Assembly (NCBI GenBank): GCA_964252035.1
Contig: OZ176209.1
From: Podarcis erhardii
Taxonomy: Eukaryota
Direction: 5' to 3' (one strand)
DNA: 64,000 bases
A program made the translations under genes and the position numbers. A model generated the notes under the pieces. It did no database searches. It was not told the DNA's origin and saw only the letters and a list, made by a program, of their open reading frames with translations. This document shows positions 40,300-52,700 of the stretch, in pieces; position 1 is the stretch's first letter, and every line of letters begins with the position of its first letter.

Positions 40300-40583
40300 T
40301 AATTCAGAAGAGTTTGGGTGGGACTAGTTCCCAGTAGACTGTTCCCAGTGATGGTAGCCACATTGAGAAAGATGAAAAGTGGGGATTGGGGGCACTGTGG
40401 TTGGAATCAGGCGGGGGCGGGCAGCATCTTGTGGGATCTTCAGCTAGTCCAAAAGTATTTCCTTGAGACATCTAGCCTCTCTTCTTTGCGCTTCAGTTTG
40501 TGAAGGGGCTTCACAGAATGGGGGAAAGAGACCGAGGATTTAGGTTGCAAGTTCTGCCCATGGAAAGAGTCTGGCTGTATCTT

Positions 40584-40783
40584 GGGAAGGGCTGTAGCTC
40601 AATGGTGGAGCATGTGGTATGTGTGCAGAAGGCCTAGCGTTCAATTCCTGGCACCTCCAGGTCGGACTGGGATAGACTTATGTCTGAATCCCTGCACAGC
40701 TGCTGCCATTCAGCATAGGCAACAGTGAACTAGATGGTGGACAACTGGTCTGACTTGGTTTAAGGCAGATTGCCATGTTCCTA
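40584..40783 (+). mobile_element. tRNA-derived SINE with a CR1-like tail (Squam3-like)
   Basis: A box tagctcaatgg at 40595, B box gttcaattcc at 40639, tail ctagatgg..tggtctgact..aaggcag..atgttcct. Confidence 0.65.
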
Positions 40784-41042
40784 AGTGGGGCAAGAGAATA
40801 TAAACTGGAATTGCCTCAGAAGCTGTAGGAACTCTCTGGACCAGGGCTGCGTGTCTTGAAATGATTGGGCCTAGGTTATTCATGTTAATATCGGTGGGCC
40901 AGCTCCGAGTAGGATCAGCACTGGCTACAACCCTGTGCTTTTTCCATGTTTGCTCCATGGAGCATTAGAATTGGCTGCTTGAGCTTGCTTATTGAAGTAA
41001 ATGTTGAAGCTATAAAGGACTTCTTAATGTTTTTATATAAAG

Positions 41043-41116
41043 AATGCGTCTAAAGAAGACCATCAAGAAGGGCATACCGATGCAGTGCTTGACCTTTCAT
41101 GGAATAAGCAACTCAG
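41043..41116 (+). CDS. PWP1: PWP1 exon 8 (NASKEDHQEGHTDAVLDLSWNKQLR)
   Basis: ataaag|AAT ... CTCAG|gtaagt; 74 nt. Confidence 0.92.
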
Positions 41117-41524
41117 GTAAGTAAAAATTAAGGTAACACAGTGTAAAGATAATTTGTAGAAATATTTTTGTGTGTGTATTCGCATACTTGCGCACAATTC
41201 TTCAATATCTGTTATTGGAAATATGGTAGAAAATAGATTTCTGCCCTTGCTGTGCCATAGATATTTAAGGGGAAAATTAATCTATGTGTGAAAGAGAGAT
41301 TTGCACCAATTTCTGGTGTAGATATGTATTTTAAACTTCTATATTTCTCTGGGGCTCCATTTTAAGTCCTTTTCAGATATTAGGTCTAGTCCTCTGCGCA
41401 TAAAAGGCCACACAGGGGGTGAGGGGCAGACTCTGCAGATCTGCAGTGCCCATGTGCTGAGGCATGTACAAGCCTGTGCTTGTAGATGTACATTTTAATG
41501 TAGAGGTAGTACCTGCTGCCGTGT

Positions 41525-41558
41525 GGGTGTGGGTGGGTGGGTGGGTGGGTGGGTGGGT
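41525..41558 (+). repeat. (GGGT)7 tract with G-quadruplex potential
   Basis: Eight GGG runs, seven of them separated by single T. Confidence 0.9.
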
Positions 41559-42279
41559 GTAAGATTAGATCTAATGTCTAAACAAGGCTTTTGTGTTTCT
41601 TTTTGCTAGGAGTTCACCGACAACTTTAATTGCTTTAGTTTTTTTAGTGTCGCCACTCTCCAGAGGTTCCCATTCCAGTCTGACAGTCTGGTTTATTAGG
41701 AATCATGGTTATTAGTTGCTCCAGGACAATTGCAGCAGATGGCTCTTAGCTCAAATGCTTATTAGTCAGCAAACCACAGGGCCTTGCCCTTTTAATATTC
41801 TAGCTGTTGGCTGTGAGACTAGGTAGTGTTGGGTAAGTAGTTGAAACCTCTGCCAGGTAGGCAGCAGCAGCAGCAGGCTGGCCGTCTTCCTCCTTAGCAC
41901 CAGCTTGCCCCTGGAATCGCCTACCTTTTGTGGAGGTTAATTAAATAGTTTAGGAAACAGAACTACATTACCCATTAAGATAGGATGCTGGGATCAGGAA
42001 GCAAATTGCATCCAGCCTTTGCCAATCTTCGTTTACCTTTGTAATGCAGTGAGCACACCTTTCAAATACTAATGTAAGCTATTAAAAACGCATACGCATT
42101 TCAGTGGCTGGAATGACTGCTTAAAACGATATGCACCCGTTTTTTGTATTTAGGCAGCGCTGTTTTGTATCTCTGAGCCTACAGCAGAGTTGAAAAGAGA
42201 CCAAAATGGGTATGGAAGGGGTCTACACTTGGGCCACTGGGCCTTCACTTTGTTCATATGAATCACCTCTTTCCTTCAG

Positions 42280-42376
42280 ATCTGTGTTGGCGAGTGCATC
42301 AGCTGACCACTCCGTAATTCTTTGGGATATGTCGAGGGGCACACCAGCAGCAACGCTTTCTCTTCACACAGACAAG
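42280..42376 (+). CDS. PWP1: PWP1 exon 9 (SVLASASADHSVILWDMSRGTPAATLSLHTDK)
   Basis: cttcag|A ... AAG|gtatgt; 97 nt. Confidence 0.96.
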
Positions 42377-43915
42377 GTATGTTGACGATTCCAGAACCAT
42401 CAACTGTAGTATTTCTACAACAACAAAACAAAAGCAATGTGTGGCGCATTTAAAGTCTAGCTATAGGCATAAACTGCCATGGACTTGGTAACCCATCCCC
42501 CCCCCCCGTGTTAACTTTTTACCAGTAAACAGCAAAGAGAGTGCCCACCAGCCAGTTGGCTTCATGGAAAATTTGTGTGACCACTTTACTGGTAACTAGC
42601 TTAATCAGCTTCTCACTGCTTTGCTGGCAGTACATTTAGCACCTGTGTGGCAAATTAGAGTTTATTAAGGCCCCCAGCACAGAGGAAGTTTTACCTGCTG
42701 CATTATTTCAGTCTTGTAGTTCTTAAGGACAGGAGCCTGCCTGAAAAAGCAGTTAGAACTCTGGGTGTATATCAAAAGCAAGCTCTGGTGGTGTATTCCT
42801 GCTCTTCTCCCTTCTGGGAGTTGGTAAGATGAATAGTGCCTTTCCAGGCACACTGTTAATAGCAGAGTCTTCCAGGTGTAAGCAAGATAATGGTAGAAAG
42901 GTTTTTATAAGCACTTAATGTAATTGAAGGGACACGTTTATTCCGTTGAGTTTTCATTAGTTCTTGATTTAGATGAAAAAAGAAATAACAGATTAGAAGA
43001 GGTATGGAACATGAGGCACTAGTCAAGCAAGGTTTTATGACCTGAGAGAAATGTTGTCTGCCAGTTGTAAAACTGAAATGAAACAGATTTTGAAAGAGTT
43101 GTTTTTGTAAAAATAATCAGATTTGAATGTCAGCAGCCAAAGATGAAGATGGAAAAAGCAGCTTTGGGTTCAAAACCTCAAATTCACACTTTGGTCACAC
43201 CACTTCTAACAAGAGTAATCAAATCCAAAGGTGGCTGTAGCTCATTCCTTTAATAATGGCTGTGTAGATAGGGGTGTTTCAGCAGGTGCTCTTGTCTTAA
43301 TGTTGCTGCAAGGATGAAAAACCGCCTCTACTGCCATTTTCTGTTCTGCTGTTTAAAATCACAGCAGGCCTGCCATCCCTTGCCTCTGGTAATGCTAAGT
43401 GCAAATACCACTGAGACAGGTTTTAGCAGTATACAAAACAACTTAAGTTTCACAACCAAAATATAACACAAAGGAAAATGCCTCTTGGATTTCACCTTTA
43501 GCTACAATTTTCTTAGAAGGGCAGGTGATGGCAGCTCCGTGGTAGAAATTGAGGTCAACTACCAAATTTGATTAATCAGGTGAAACACCATCAGGATGTC
43601 TAGACTGCAGAGAGATGAGTGCTGTAGGAATGCCTGCTTGCTACTGTCAGAAACTGTAAATAATAAAAGTAAATAAAATTCTTGGCCATGCACCAGGGCT
43701 CTCCTTTTTCTTTCTCCAACATCCGCAACTTTGATCCAATATTTATTTTGCATGCTAAGGAATGGATCTATTTTGTTTAAACGTAGCAGGTAACCAGATT
43801 TCCAGAAACCTGGCTGTTTGTAGAAAAATTCCATGTATCAGGAATTACACAAAATGAGATCATATACAATATATTTCAGTTGAACTGTGTTTCTCAAATC
43901 TAATGTTCTTTGCAG

Positions 43916-43977
43916 GTGCAGACACTGCAGTTTCATCCTTTTGAAACACAGACTCTCGTCTCTGGTTCTTACGACAA
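43916..43977 (+). CDS. PWP1: PWP1 exon 10 (VQTLQFHPFETQTLVSGSYD)
   Basis: ttgcag|GTG ... GACAA|gtaagg; 62 nt. Confidence 0.96.
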
Positions 43978-44385
43978 GTAAGGAAGGGCATGTTATACTT
44001 TCCCTGCTCTACTTGTACAGTGTAGGAGCTGCATGATTGTAACAGGAGTACAGAAATCATAATGTGGCACTAAAATCACTTTTTGTTTCAGCGTAGGGTA
44101 GGGTTTGGCTTATTCTTTTGTTAACCTTATGTTGTCTGATACACTGGTTTGGTTACACTTTCTTCCTCGGTGATCTCTGAACGGTAGTGTTCAGTCTGAT
44201 TTTCTTACTGTTACAACCTCTGGGGCATGCTATGCTTTTCTCAATTACTTAACCTAGAATTAAAGAGATTTTGAAAAGTTTGGCACGGGTGTGGAGGGAG
44301 AAGGTTGAACAAAAACTCTCCGCATTTAATCAAATAAAAGAACTTGATACCCTGCTTGAGTCAATGCTCTGATTCCGCTTTCCAG

Positions 44386-44497
44386 ATCAGCAATTTTGTA
44401 TGACTGCAGAAGTCCACAGGATAACCATCGAACCTGGCGCTTCAGTGGGCAGGTTGAAAGAGTGACTTGGAATCATTTTTCCCCTCACCACTTCTTG
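44386..44497 (+). CDS. PWP1: PWP1 exon 11 ([37 protein letters not shown]), GC donor
   Basis: ttccag|A ... TTG|gcaagt; 112 nt. Only the GC donor keeps frame and the conserved FLAST peptide with exon 12. Confidence 0.92.
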
Positions 44498-44966
44498 GCA
44501 AGTACAAGGTTCCCTGTTACCTTTTTCTGCCTTGTGTTTTCCCCTCTATTTATGTATTTACACCTCACCTAATGAAGGTCCTTGAGGCTATTTTTAACAT
44601 ACAAAATGAATGGACAGCAAATACTAAATTGGAACATAATGCCACCCACAAAAATTAAACTAATCAGCAGGCTTGAGGTCTGCTATCTATTGCTGTTCCA
44701 CTGTACCTGCTACCAACAGGCTCTGCCAAAAACAAACTTCCACCAAGGGTGATGGGCCAGACACAGTCCCCAATTTCTCCCAGAGACCGTGCCGAGTCCT
44801 TACTGCCGCAGATGCTGCTCATCCGCACCCCTCTTTTGCTTCTGAGTATGGCTTGTGTGAGGCCTGATGGCATCATTTGTGGGGCTGAGCTTGACCCACG
44901 CATTTCCAGATATTGTCGTATTGATTCCTTCTGCTTTTTAACAGTGCTTGGAACTGTTTTCTCTAG

Positions 44967-45057
44967 GCCAGCACAGAAGATGGATTTGTATACTGTCTGG
45001 ATGCTCGTTCACATAAACCAGTATTTACAATGAAAGCTCATAACGAAGAAGTATCTG
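44967..45057 (+). CDS. PWP1: PWP1 exon 12 ([30 protein letters not shown])
   Basis: ctctag|GCC ... TCTG|gtaaat; 91 nt. Confidence 0.95.
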
Positions 45058-45526
45058 GTAAATTTTCTGTTTCTGCCCCAAACAAATGCTAGGTCTCATT
45101 TCTATATACAGTATATCCAATATAAACCGGGATGGGGGTTAGTTATCCTGTATAGACATGCCTGAGACAAACACGTACTTGCCATTGTGCAGTGTATAAG
45201 AGATGACAGATGAAATAGGAAATCTAAGATACCTTGTTTTTACCAGAGGAAGGGGAAGCAGTGATTGTTTGGTTGGTACTGCTAACCAAGGACTTTGAGA
45301 GTCCTCAGTGTGTGCCCTTAACTTGAAAAGGAGAGAAGGGTGTGTGTTCAAGACAGTAATTGCTCTTACTGGGTCCCAAACTCCAATGTTTTTTATTGGG
45401 TCAGTAGGTCCTCTGGCAAATATCCAGCCCTTGCCAACCTCTAGGCCTGCCCTTGTTATAATTTTAGCTCATTGTGATTTCTTTTTAAAAAGTGCTACAG
45501 TAGAAATGTATGCTTGTGTTTTGCAG

Positions 45527-45648
45527 GACTACAGTTAAGCAGCCAGATTAAAGGATGTCTTGTGACAGCATCTGCAGACAAATATGTGAAAATTTGGGAC
45601 ATATTGGGAGATAAACCTAGTTTGGTTCATTCCAGGGACATGAAAATG
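45527..45648 (+). CDS. PWP1: PWP1 exon 13 ([40 protein letters not shown])
   Basis: ttgcag|GA ... ATG|gtaatt; 122 nt. Confidence 0.96.
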
Positions 45649-46246
45649 GTAATTTCAATCTTTCTAAAATAAAATAACCAGTCTTCTCTTTTTAGGATTG
45701 TCTGGCATATGGTCATTCAAATGAACCAGGTGCAGATCAGTCTTAAGATTTATCTAATGTATCAAGAGTTTCAGAGTTTTAATTATTGCACACTCAGAAC
45801 ACCCGTGGAAGATTTGGAAGTGGGTGTAGAATAAAATATCAAATAAAATATCAAATAAGTAGTACACGTCCACCCAAAAAGGATTGTAAAACAAATGCTA
45901 GTATTATATAAAGCACATGTATTAAATATGAACATTCAAAATACTGAAAGATCAGTAACTGCATTTAGTGGAGAATACGTTGGCCCCAGGGCAATGCGTC
46001 CAAAGATTATGCAAGTTGTAGTCCAGCAGCCTCTGGAAGCCTATAGGTTCCTCATTCCTCCTTTCAACTATTGATACTATGATTCCTATGCAAAGTTTTA
46101 TACACTAGCTTGAGACTGGATATGTAGCAGGAACCTGTAGCAGCACCTGTCCATATTAAGCATACATTCTCAGTTCTCTCTTAGGAAAGGTAGGTAGCTG
46201 AGTTTCCAGGGGATCATAAACTAATTATGCTTTTTTTTGCCCACAG

Positions 46247-46352
46247 GGTGTCCTCTTCTGTGCAGCATCTTGCCCAGACTTACCATTTGTTTATGCCTTT
46301 GGAGGAGAGAAACAAGGATTACGTGTTTGGGACATAAGCACAATTTCTGCAG
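46247..46352 (+). CDS. PWP1: PWP1 exon 14 ([35 protein letters not shown])
   Basis: ccacag|GGT ... GCAG|gtgaga; 106 nt. Confidence 0.96.
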
Positions 46353-46735
46353 GTGAGATTGTTGGTTTTATCTGCATTTAGTTCTAGTTAGCATGTTCAA
46401 TCCAGAAAGCAGTGTTTTGACTAAGCAAACTGCCACAGGAAAATAGGGTATAAAATGTCAGAGAAATGATCAACTTAGCATCCCCTACCATCTATTACCA
46501 GACAGCACAGAGATTACGCCAGCTGCTCCCAAGTGTGGTAGAGAATACTCCCAAGGCTTCCTGAATTTCTTTTGTAAATGAGGGAAGGGATTGTCAAAGG
46601 TGTACTGCATCTGTGGATGTCATTGGATTATTTCCTGGTTTAAAAGAAGTGTGCAGCAAACACATTAAGATGGCTTGCAAGGCCAGAATGTATGTAGTAG
46701 TACTAACAGAACTACTTTTCTTATTTGTGTTACAG

Positions 46736-46848
46736 TGAATGAAGTGTTTGGAAACCGACAGAGGCTGGTAGTTGCCACATCAAGTTCTGAAGCAAAAAAT
46801 TCTGCTAGTGGCTGCAGCAGTGACCCAGATGCTGTAATGGAACCGTGA
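46736..46848 (+). CDS. PWP1: PWP1 exon 15 (NEVFGNRQRLVVATSSSEAKNSASGCSSDPDAVMEP*)
   Basis: ttacag|TG; TGA at 46846-46848; 113 nt. Confidence 0.94.
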
Positions 46849-47595
46849 TCTGGTATTACATTTTGCACTGTATCATATAAAGTGAATATTGATACCATGA
46901 CTGTGCCAAAATGATTTATCTACACCTTGGAGGATATTGGGCAAATCTAATCTTACAATCTGTTAATGTAAAAGCTTGAGCTGCCCATATAAGCTTTTCT
47001 CTCTAATGAGAAGTGAACATAAAACGGAAATTACACAAAAAACTGGCCTCAGCACGTGGTTTTCATGCAGTGTATTCATTCTTTAGGAAGTGAAGATTTT
47101 AAAGTATGTATCTAACTTCATCAAGAAGTCTTAAGTGGTTCTAGGGGGGGAGAAAAGATTCCTACATGAGCAGAAAAGGTTTGAGGAAAAGAATGGTAAT
47201 TAATGCATGCGTTAAAAAGCAGTGTTTTAATTTTTCCATAAGGAAACAGATTTTAAATGAATCTTCATTCCATAAATATATTAGCAGCAGAACTCCCCAA
47301 AATACATGGTTATTAGTAACCATACAGGTAATACCATATGGCACTATATACAGCAAATTGCTGGCTCATGCTAAAACCAAATCTGCATTATAAGCATGCT
47401 TTCCTGTATTGATCCCATACTGTATATTAACAGTCTCATCTGCAAATACTAGTTGTCTTAACACATGGGCAATTCATTGGCGTACAATGAATATTGATTT
47501 AAGTAAGTTCATATTGAGCCCAAACTAATGTATACATCACTTGGGGTGGGGGAGTAGTCAGGGCACTGTTCTGCTGTGATGGCATACAAATCAAA

Positions 47596-47601
47596 TTTAT
47601 T
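47596..47601 (-). terminator. Probable PRDM4 polyadenylation signal AATAAA
   Basis: tttatt on +; first canonical hexamer about 290 nt after the PRDM4 stop, followed by a U-rich tract on -. Confidence 0.6.
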
Positions 47602-47838
47602 AACTGTAAAAGAGGGTATCTGCTCTTGTTCCAAGCAGCTGACTAGAATACAGAGGTGTATCTGCCAGTTTTTCTTAAGTCATGCATTGCACTTCAACCA
47701 AATCACCAGTAGCAGTTTCCACACTTGAAGTGGATAGGTGATAAGTTTGTTTTTACCCTTCTTGGAAACCTCTGAGTGCATACGCCACTTTCATAAGGGG
47801 GTGAGATCTGGTCCTTGCCCAGAAATTCACTGTAGTGT

Positions 47839-47844
47839 AATAAA
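47839..47844 (+). terminator. Candidate PWP1 polyadenylation signal AATAAA
   Basis: First canonical hexamer on + that I found after the PWP1 stop; variant hexamers occur earlier (TATAAA 46876, AATACA 47301). Confidence 0.35.
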
Positions 47845-47892
47845 CATGATTTTAGGAAGTCGAGTCGATTTATATTTTAAGTCCTCCATTTC

Positions 47893-48205
47893 TTATTTGT
47901 GGCAAGAGAGTGCGTCATTTGTCACATACATGTTTGTATTAAGCCTACAGGTGTCACTCCTTACAGAGTTTATCAATTCCTCTTCCTCTGAAGAATCATC
48001 CTCGTCATCTTCCTGGGCTGAGAGACTGGAGGTTGGTCCTTTACAGATTTTTAGGTGACGAGTGAGATGATATTTTGTTAAATAAGCCTTGGAGCATTTT
48101 TCACAGACATAGTCCCGCTTCCCTTCATGAGAATTTAAGTGTTTCTTTAGATGGTTTGTCCTCAAGAACAGCTTCTCACATTGGGGACATTTAAGCTGGC
48201 GTTCT
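47893..48205 (-). CDS. PRDM4: PRDM4 last exon: C2H2 fingers and acidic tail (ERQLKCPQCEKLFLRTNHLKKH...LSCHK*)
   Basis: minus strand gtttag|A; TAA at 47895-47893; 313 nt. Confidence 0.96.
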
Positions 48206-49102
48206 CTAAACAAGGAAGAAAATAAGCATTTGTAATTATGATTGAATATCTATTTAAAAAAAACAACACTTATTGATCTGGTTTCCATGTCACCAGTTGA
48301 GCTAAGCTGTGGTTTAAAGTAGGGCTGGGTGATAGCAGATTTTAAACACAGCAATACACAGTGATAGTGAAACAAGCAGCTGCATTGGCCCCAGCACTGC
48401 GAGGCACCAGGGTGAAACTGCCGCTACTCTTAACAAAGGAGCTGAGATGGTTTCACCCCAGCACCACATGGGGCTGGGGACGAAGCAGCTTGTTCCCAAC
48501 ACTGGGAACAGGCTGCCCCACCCCCCTGGCTCCTAGCCTGAACTGCCTTCTGCTGCGGGGGCGGGTAGGAGCAGTTTAATGGAGCCCCCACAGGGCCAGA
48601 GTTGGGGCTTTAAACTGCTCTGCTGAGGAGCAGTTTAAAGAAGCCAGGGATGAACAAGCTGTATTGGCCTGGTGGTACAGCCAGTGGCATACTTAAATTT
48701 CTTCATTAAGAGGCGCCTGGATGCCTGCCCCTCAGCGGAGAAGTCTTAAGCTAGCTCCACCTCCAGCCTGCACAAGCCGAGTGGAGGCTTTGTTAGAATT
48801 CTCCTCTCGCCCATGCAAAGGCAGGTCTGTGCGCTTGCCTCAACCACCTCTGCCTTGGCACAGGTGGGCTACCTCTTTCTCCCAGGAGAAGTGGTAGCCC
48901 ACCTGTGCAAAGGCAGCCTTGTGAACAGAGCCTGAGAGGCTTTTGTGCACTTGGCTGCCGTTGCCTGGGAATAAAGACACAGCACTATTGAACAATCACA
49001 CCCCCTCTGTTCTGCGCAGAGGAGAGGTGTGTAAGAGACAACACCGGCATTTCTGTAGAAAATCTGGTGTTCTAAATTATCTTTCCCCTGCAAGTTACCT
49101 AC

Positions 49103-49271
49103 TGGGTATGTGTGAGCACATGCTGTTTGAGATCCTGCCGTCGCATGAACAGTTTGTCACAGTAATCACACTTGAGGTTTTTCTCCCCTGTATGGATAAC
49201 CATGTGAGACTCCAGGTGGGCCTTCTGAGTAAAGGACTTTTCACAGAGAGCACAGCGATAATTCTTCTGAC
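49103..49271 (-). CDS. PRDM4: PRDM4 exon, C2H2 fingers (QKNYRCALCEKSFTQKAHLESHMVIHTGEKNLKCDYCDKLFMRRQDLKQHVLTHT)
   Basis: ttccag|GT ... ACCCA|gtaggt; 169 nt; reading frame not listed in the ORF track. Confidence 0.96.
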
Positions 49272-50050
49272 CTGGAATTGGTTAAACAAAGGCTATAAGA
49301 CCATTTTACACTGCTCCTTCTACCTAATTATATGAACACTTTAAAACCTAAGCCAGCACCCAGTTTGATTATGTGGGGCATGTTCACATGCCAGGGAGTA
49401 TGTATCCCTGAGCTCTCCTCAAATTTTACTACTGACAGGACACTGCATCATCCTGCACCCAGTGTGATCCATCACAATGCCACGCAATGGTCCTTCCCAT
49501 CATAATATAAGAGTCTGGCTGATCTCCCTGTGTTTCCTCTTTGGAAAAATGTTTCAAATCTGGCTAAAGGCTAAAAACAGAGCATTTAGTCAAATACGTA
49601 TTGAACAGAAATGGTAAACTGGGATAGAAGGATCTACAGAAAAGGCATGCAAGCAGGTTAATAAAGCTCATTTCCATATGTTCCTTCTATTTTGTGCAGG
49701 GGACTTTAAGCAGGGCTCTGGGGCACAGTATGCAACAGCTGGAACTTTGCATACAATGCTCATTTCTAGTGAAAGAGGCTTGGTAGGAAGGAGGAGACCC
49801 TGCAGCCCACAGATGCTGCCAAATACCTTGGACTTTCTGACAAAGGCAAAAAAGAATGCTAATATAATAAAAAATTAACCAAGTCACTCAGAAACAAATT
49901 TACAGTTTCTTTCACAGAAATAAAAAACTATATTGAGAGCTCATACTGAGTTTGCCTGTGGAAATTTGTCCACAGCAATACAGTTCATTAACAACCCAGG
50001 CAACTCAAGTCTCACGTTATCAACTCCAGAACTTTAAGGTCTTCACTTAC

Positions 50051-50365
50051 CTGTGTGTATTTTGAGGTGTGTACGGAGATTGCTAGGGTCACTAAAGGCT
50101 TTGCTACAGAAATCACACTTGTGTGGCTTCATGCCCATGTGCCCCATGAAGTGAACATGAAGCTTAGAAGGTGAGATGAAAGCTTGAGGACACATGGAGC
50201 ACTTCCACTTTCTCTCCTTACTGTGGCCTGGTCCATGGTTGCTGCTGTGGCCCTGGCTGGGGAAGTGGCTGTGGATGTGACTACTCAGGTGGGCCTTGAA
50301 TTCTGTGTAGGAAGCACATTCTTTTCCACAGTGACAAGTGTGCACATCAGGATGCTCAGGAACAC
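50051..50365 (-). CDS. PRDM4: PRDM4 exon, C2H2 fingers (VPEHPDVHTCHCGK...DPSNLRTHLKIHT)
   Basis: ttaaag|GT ... ACAG|gtaagt; 315 nt. Confidence 0.96.
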
Positions 50366-50845
50366 CTTTAACGCAAAAACAAGATCTCAGAGTTTCAAGC
50401 ACCACAGCTCTCGTATACTTGCAAGCTTGGCTCTGCTTAAAGGTGACTGGTCTTCCCTTTTTATTCAGTGCATTTTGCAGGAACAAAAGACAAGAAAACC
50501 ATCCTGACTAAAAAGAAGGCACAGAAAAAGTTACAAACTTGTAGCTTTGTGCAAATAAATGGTCAGATAGTGTTGTAAAGCCAATAATGTGCGAATTGGG
50601 CATTACAGAGTTTCTGTTCCTTGGTAACTGATTTTGCACAAGCTTCAAAGCTCATAACTGAGCTTCCCATCCTGCAAAATAACCCAGCTTGGCAAACATT
50701 TTGTAAAATACCTAGAATTAGAACATGAATAAAATTAACAATATGGAGCTAAATCCATTCAAGCATAGCTCTGATAAGAGGCAAACTGAACACAAGTGGA
50801 TGCTTTCTAAAGGATACATTCAATTAAGTTCATCAAACTGCTTAC

Positions 50846-50973
50846 CAATCTGTCTGGCATAATCTCGACTATAGTAAAATAGAAGCTCATGCTCTGGAGG
50901 GATATCACGTGAGGTGCAGAAGTAAATCTTTCCATCATGAGGATAAGCCACCAGATTTTGTTCTTCACGATTC
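50846..50973 (-). CDS. PRDM4: PRDM4 exon, PR/SET C-terminal part (NREEQNLVAYPHDGKIYFCTSRDIPPEHELLFYYSRDYARQI)
   Basis: taacag|G ... ATTG|gtaagc; 128 nt. Confidence 0.96.
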
Positions 50974-51577
50974 CTGTTATATGCAGAGAGGAAACCAATT
51001 TAAATGTGACATAGTATTTATATTTATTCTATCAATATTTCTGGAATGTTTAACATTCTTAGTACAAGCTAATTCAAAACAGTAACTGACTACTTTTGTA
51101 GCTGTCAGAAAAAAAATATTTATTCTGAGTGAAGAAGTGGAGCTGTGGACCTTTCTGAAATTCAGCTTTGTAATACTACTCAATTCTATCCAGTGGTCAC
51201 ACAGTGGGTGACTTCCATTCCTGGAGCAGACAGCTTCTTTAGAACAGGGATGGGGAATGTGTCTCCTTTCAGATGTTGTTGGACTCCAACTCCCATCAGC
51301 TCTAGGCAGCATGACCAATAGTCACATTATTCCATTGCAAGATTCAGATGTCACTGTTTTACTTTTAAGCTTTCCCAATGTCCACCTCTGGACTCTGGAT
51401 CCTATGTCTTTGACACCCTGCATATTTTACTCCCCGTGACTTACATCCAAACTTACTGCAGCCCATTTCAGGAAAGTTTGCTGTGAATATGCACCAAAAC
51501 TTTTGACCCTTTTTGCCACGAACCTCTGTGCCAAACAATACAGCCGGAAGCTTAGAAGTGGAGGTTAACTAGTTGTA

Positions 51578-51734
51578 CAGTGGTACCTCTGGTTGCAGAC
51601 GGAACCCATTCCGGAGCTCTGGTCAGATTCTGAGGTTTCCGCAACTGGAGGGACTGCTGCGCATGCGTGCAGTGAAACACTTCTGGGTTTGCCGTTCATG
51701 TTACCCAAAGGTAACGTAAGCCGAGGTGCTACTG
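51578..51734. mobile_element. Tigger-like MITE, 157 bp, TA TSD
   Basis: ta|cagtggtacctc ... gaggtgctactg|ta. Confidence 0.75.
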
Positions 51735-52563
51735 TACTGGTGAAAGGTTTAAGTGGGCCTAAAGAAGGGCAGAGCAATCCTATTGAGGAATAGGTGAAGA
51801 ATCCATAGCAGAGCTACTGCACTACAGCCTATGCCCTGCTTCCAACTATGACCAAGGCAGGAGGGGAAGCTGTCTCTGTCCCCTTCCATTTGATCACAGT
51901 AGGAGGGTATTAACTAACCCAGCCCCAGAGCTGGCATATTTTTGGGACATGTCAGGGCAACAAAGGGGCTTAGGATCTTGTAATATATAGTTACTGACTC
52001 ACACCTGTGTGCATGAAAGGTGAACCTGAGCTGAAGTTGCCAGTGTGGGTGTGTTAGTATTATTTTTATTATTATGATTTAAACCTTAGCGGGGAACCTA
52101 TTTCAGTCTGAGGGCTGCATTTCTTTCTGGGGACCTGTGGTAGGTCAAGAGTGGGCAGAGCAGTGAATGTAAAGTTCACCTTTCTACAGTAGGCTAGTTT
52201 CTATATACACACACAAACACACCCCTACCTCTATCCTCCATTTATATAAATGATATGGGAGTTCAAGTATACAATGTAGTCAAGCAAAATCACTCAAGGG
52301 TGAGAAGCAAGGCAAGTAGGGGATGTAGCTGGGGACAGTCCCAGGGACTAGACAGCAAGGCTTTGAGGACCACATTTGATCCCTAAGCCTAAAAGTTACA
52401 TTGCTCTAAGTGCCCCGAATTCATATAGTGTCTCAGAAGCCAGAACAGCATTTTCAGTTGGGTCCAGAAATCATCTGATAACCAGTGTAGTTCTATGAGA
52501 ACACGTATGGTTGGAACAAGTTTTTTTGAATTACACTTTTGACTCCAAAATATTGGACTAAAG

Positions 52564-52700
52564 CAGGCATAGGCAAACTCGGCCCTCCAGATGTTTTCAG
52601 ACTACAATTCCCATCATTCCTGACCACTGGTCCTGTTAGCTAGGGATGGTGGGAGTTGTAGTCCTAAAAACATCTGGAGGGCCAAGTTTGCCTATGCCTG
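52564..52700. mobile_element. hAT MITE, 137 bp, nearly palindromic, perfect 8-bp TSD GACTAAAG; best copy of a family with more than 10 degenerate copies in the window
   Basis: TIR caggcataggcaaact / agtttgcctatgcctg; TSD at 52556-52563 and 52701-52708. Confidence 0.9.

Larger units (their letters stand above)
31427..46848 (+). other. PWP1: PWP1 (periodic tryptophan protein 1, WD40 ribosome-biogenesis factor), complete 15-exon gene, 500 aa
   Basis: The 15 exons sum to 1503 nt with continuous phase. Translation matches recalled PWP1 (VAKETPDK, acidic N-terminus, GHTDAVLDLSWN, WD repeats). Confidence 0.96.

Noticed and set aside
40584-40660. tRNA gene
   Set aside because: A and B boxes are present but the cloverleaf is degenerate and a LINE-like tail follows, so it is a SINE head.
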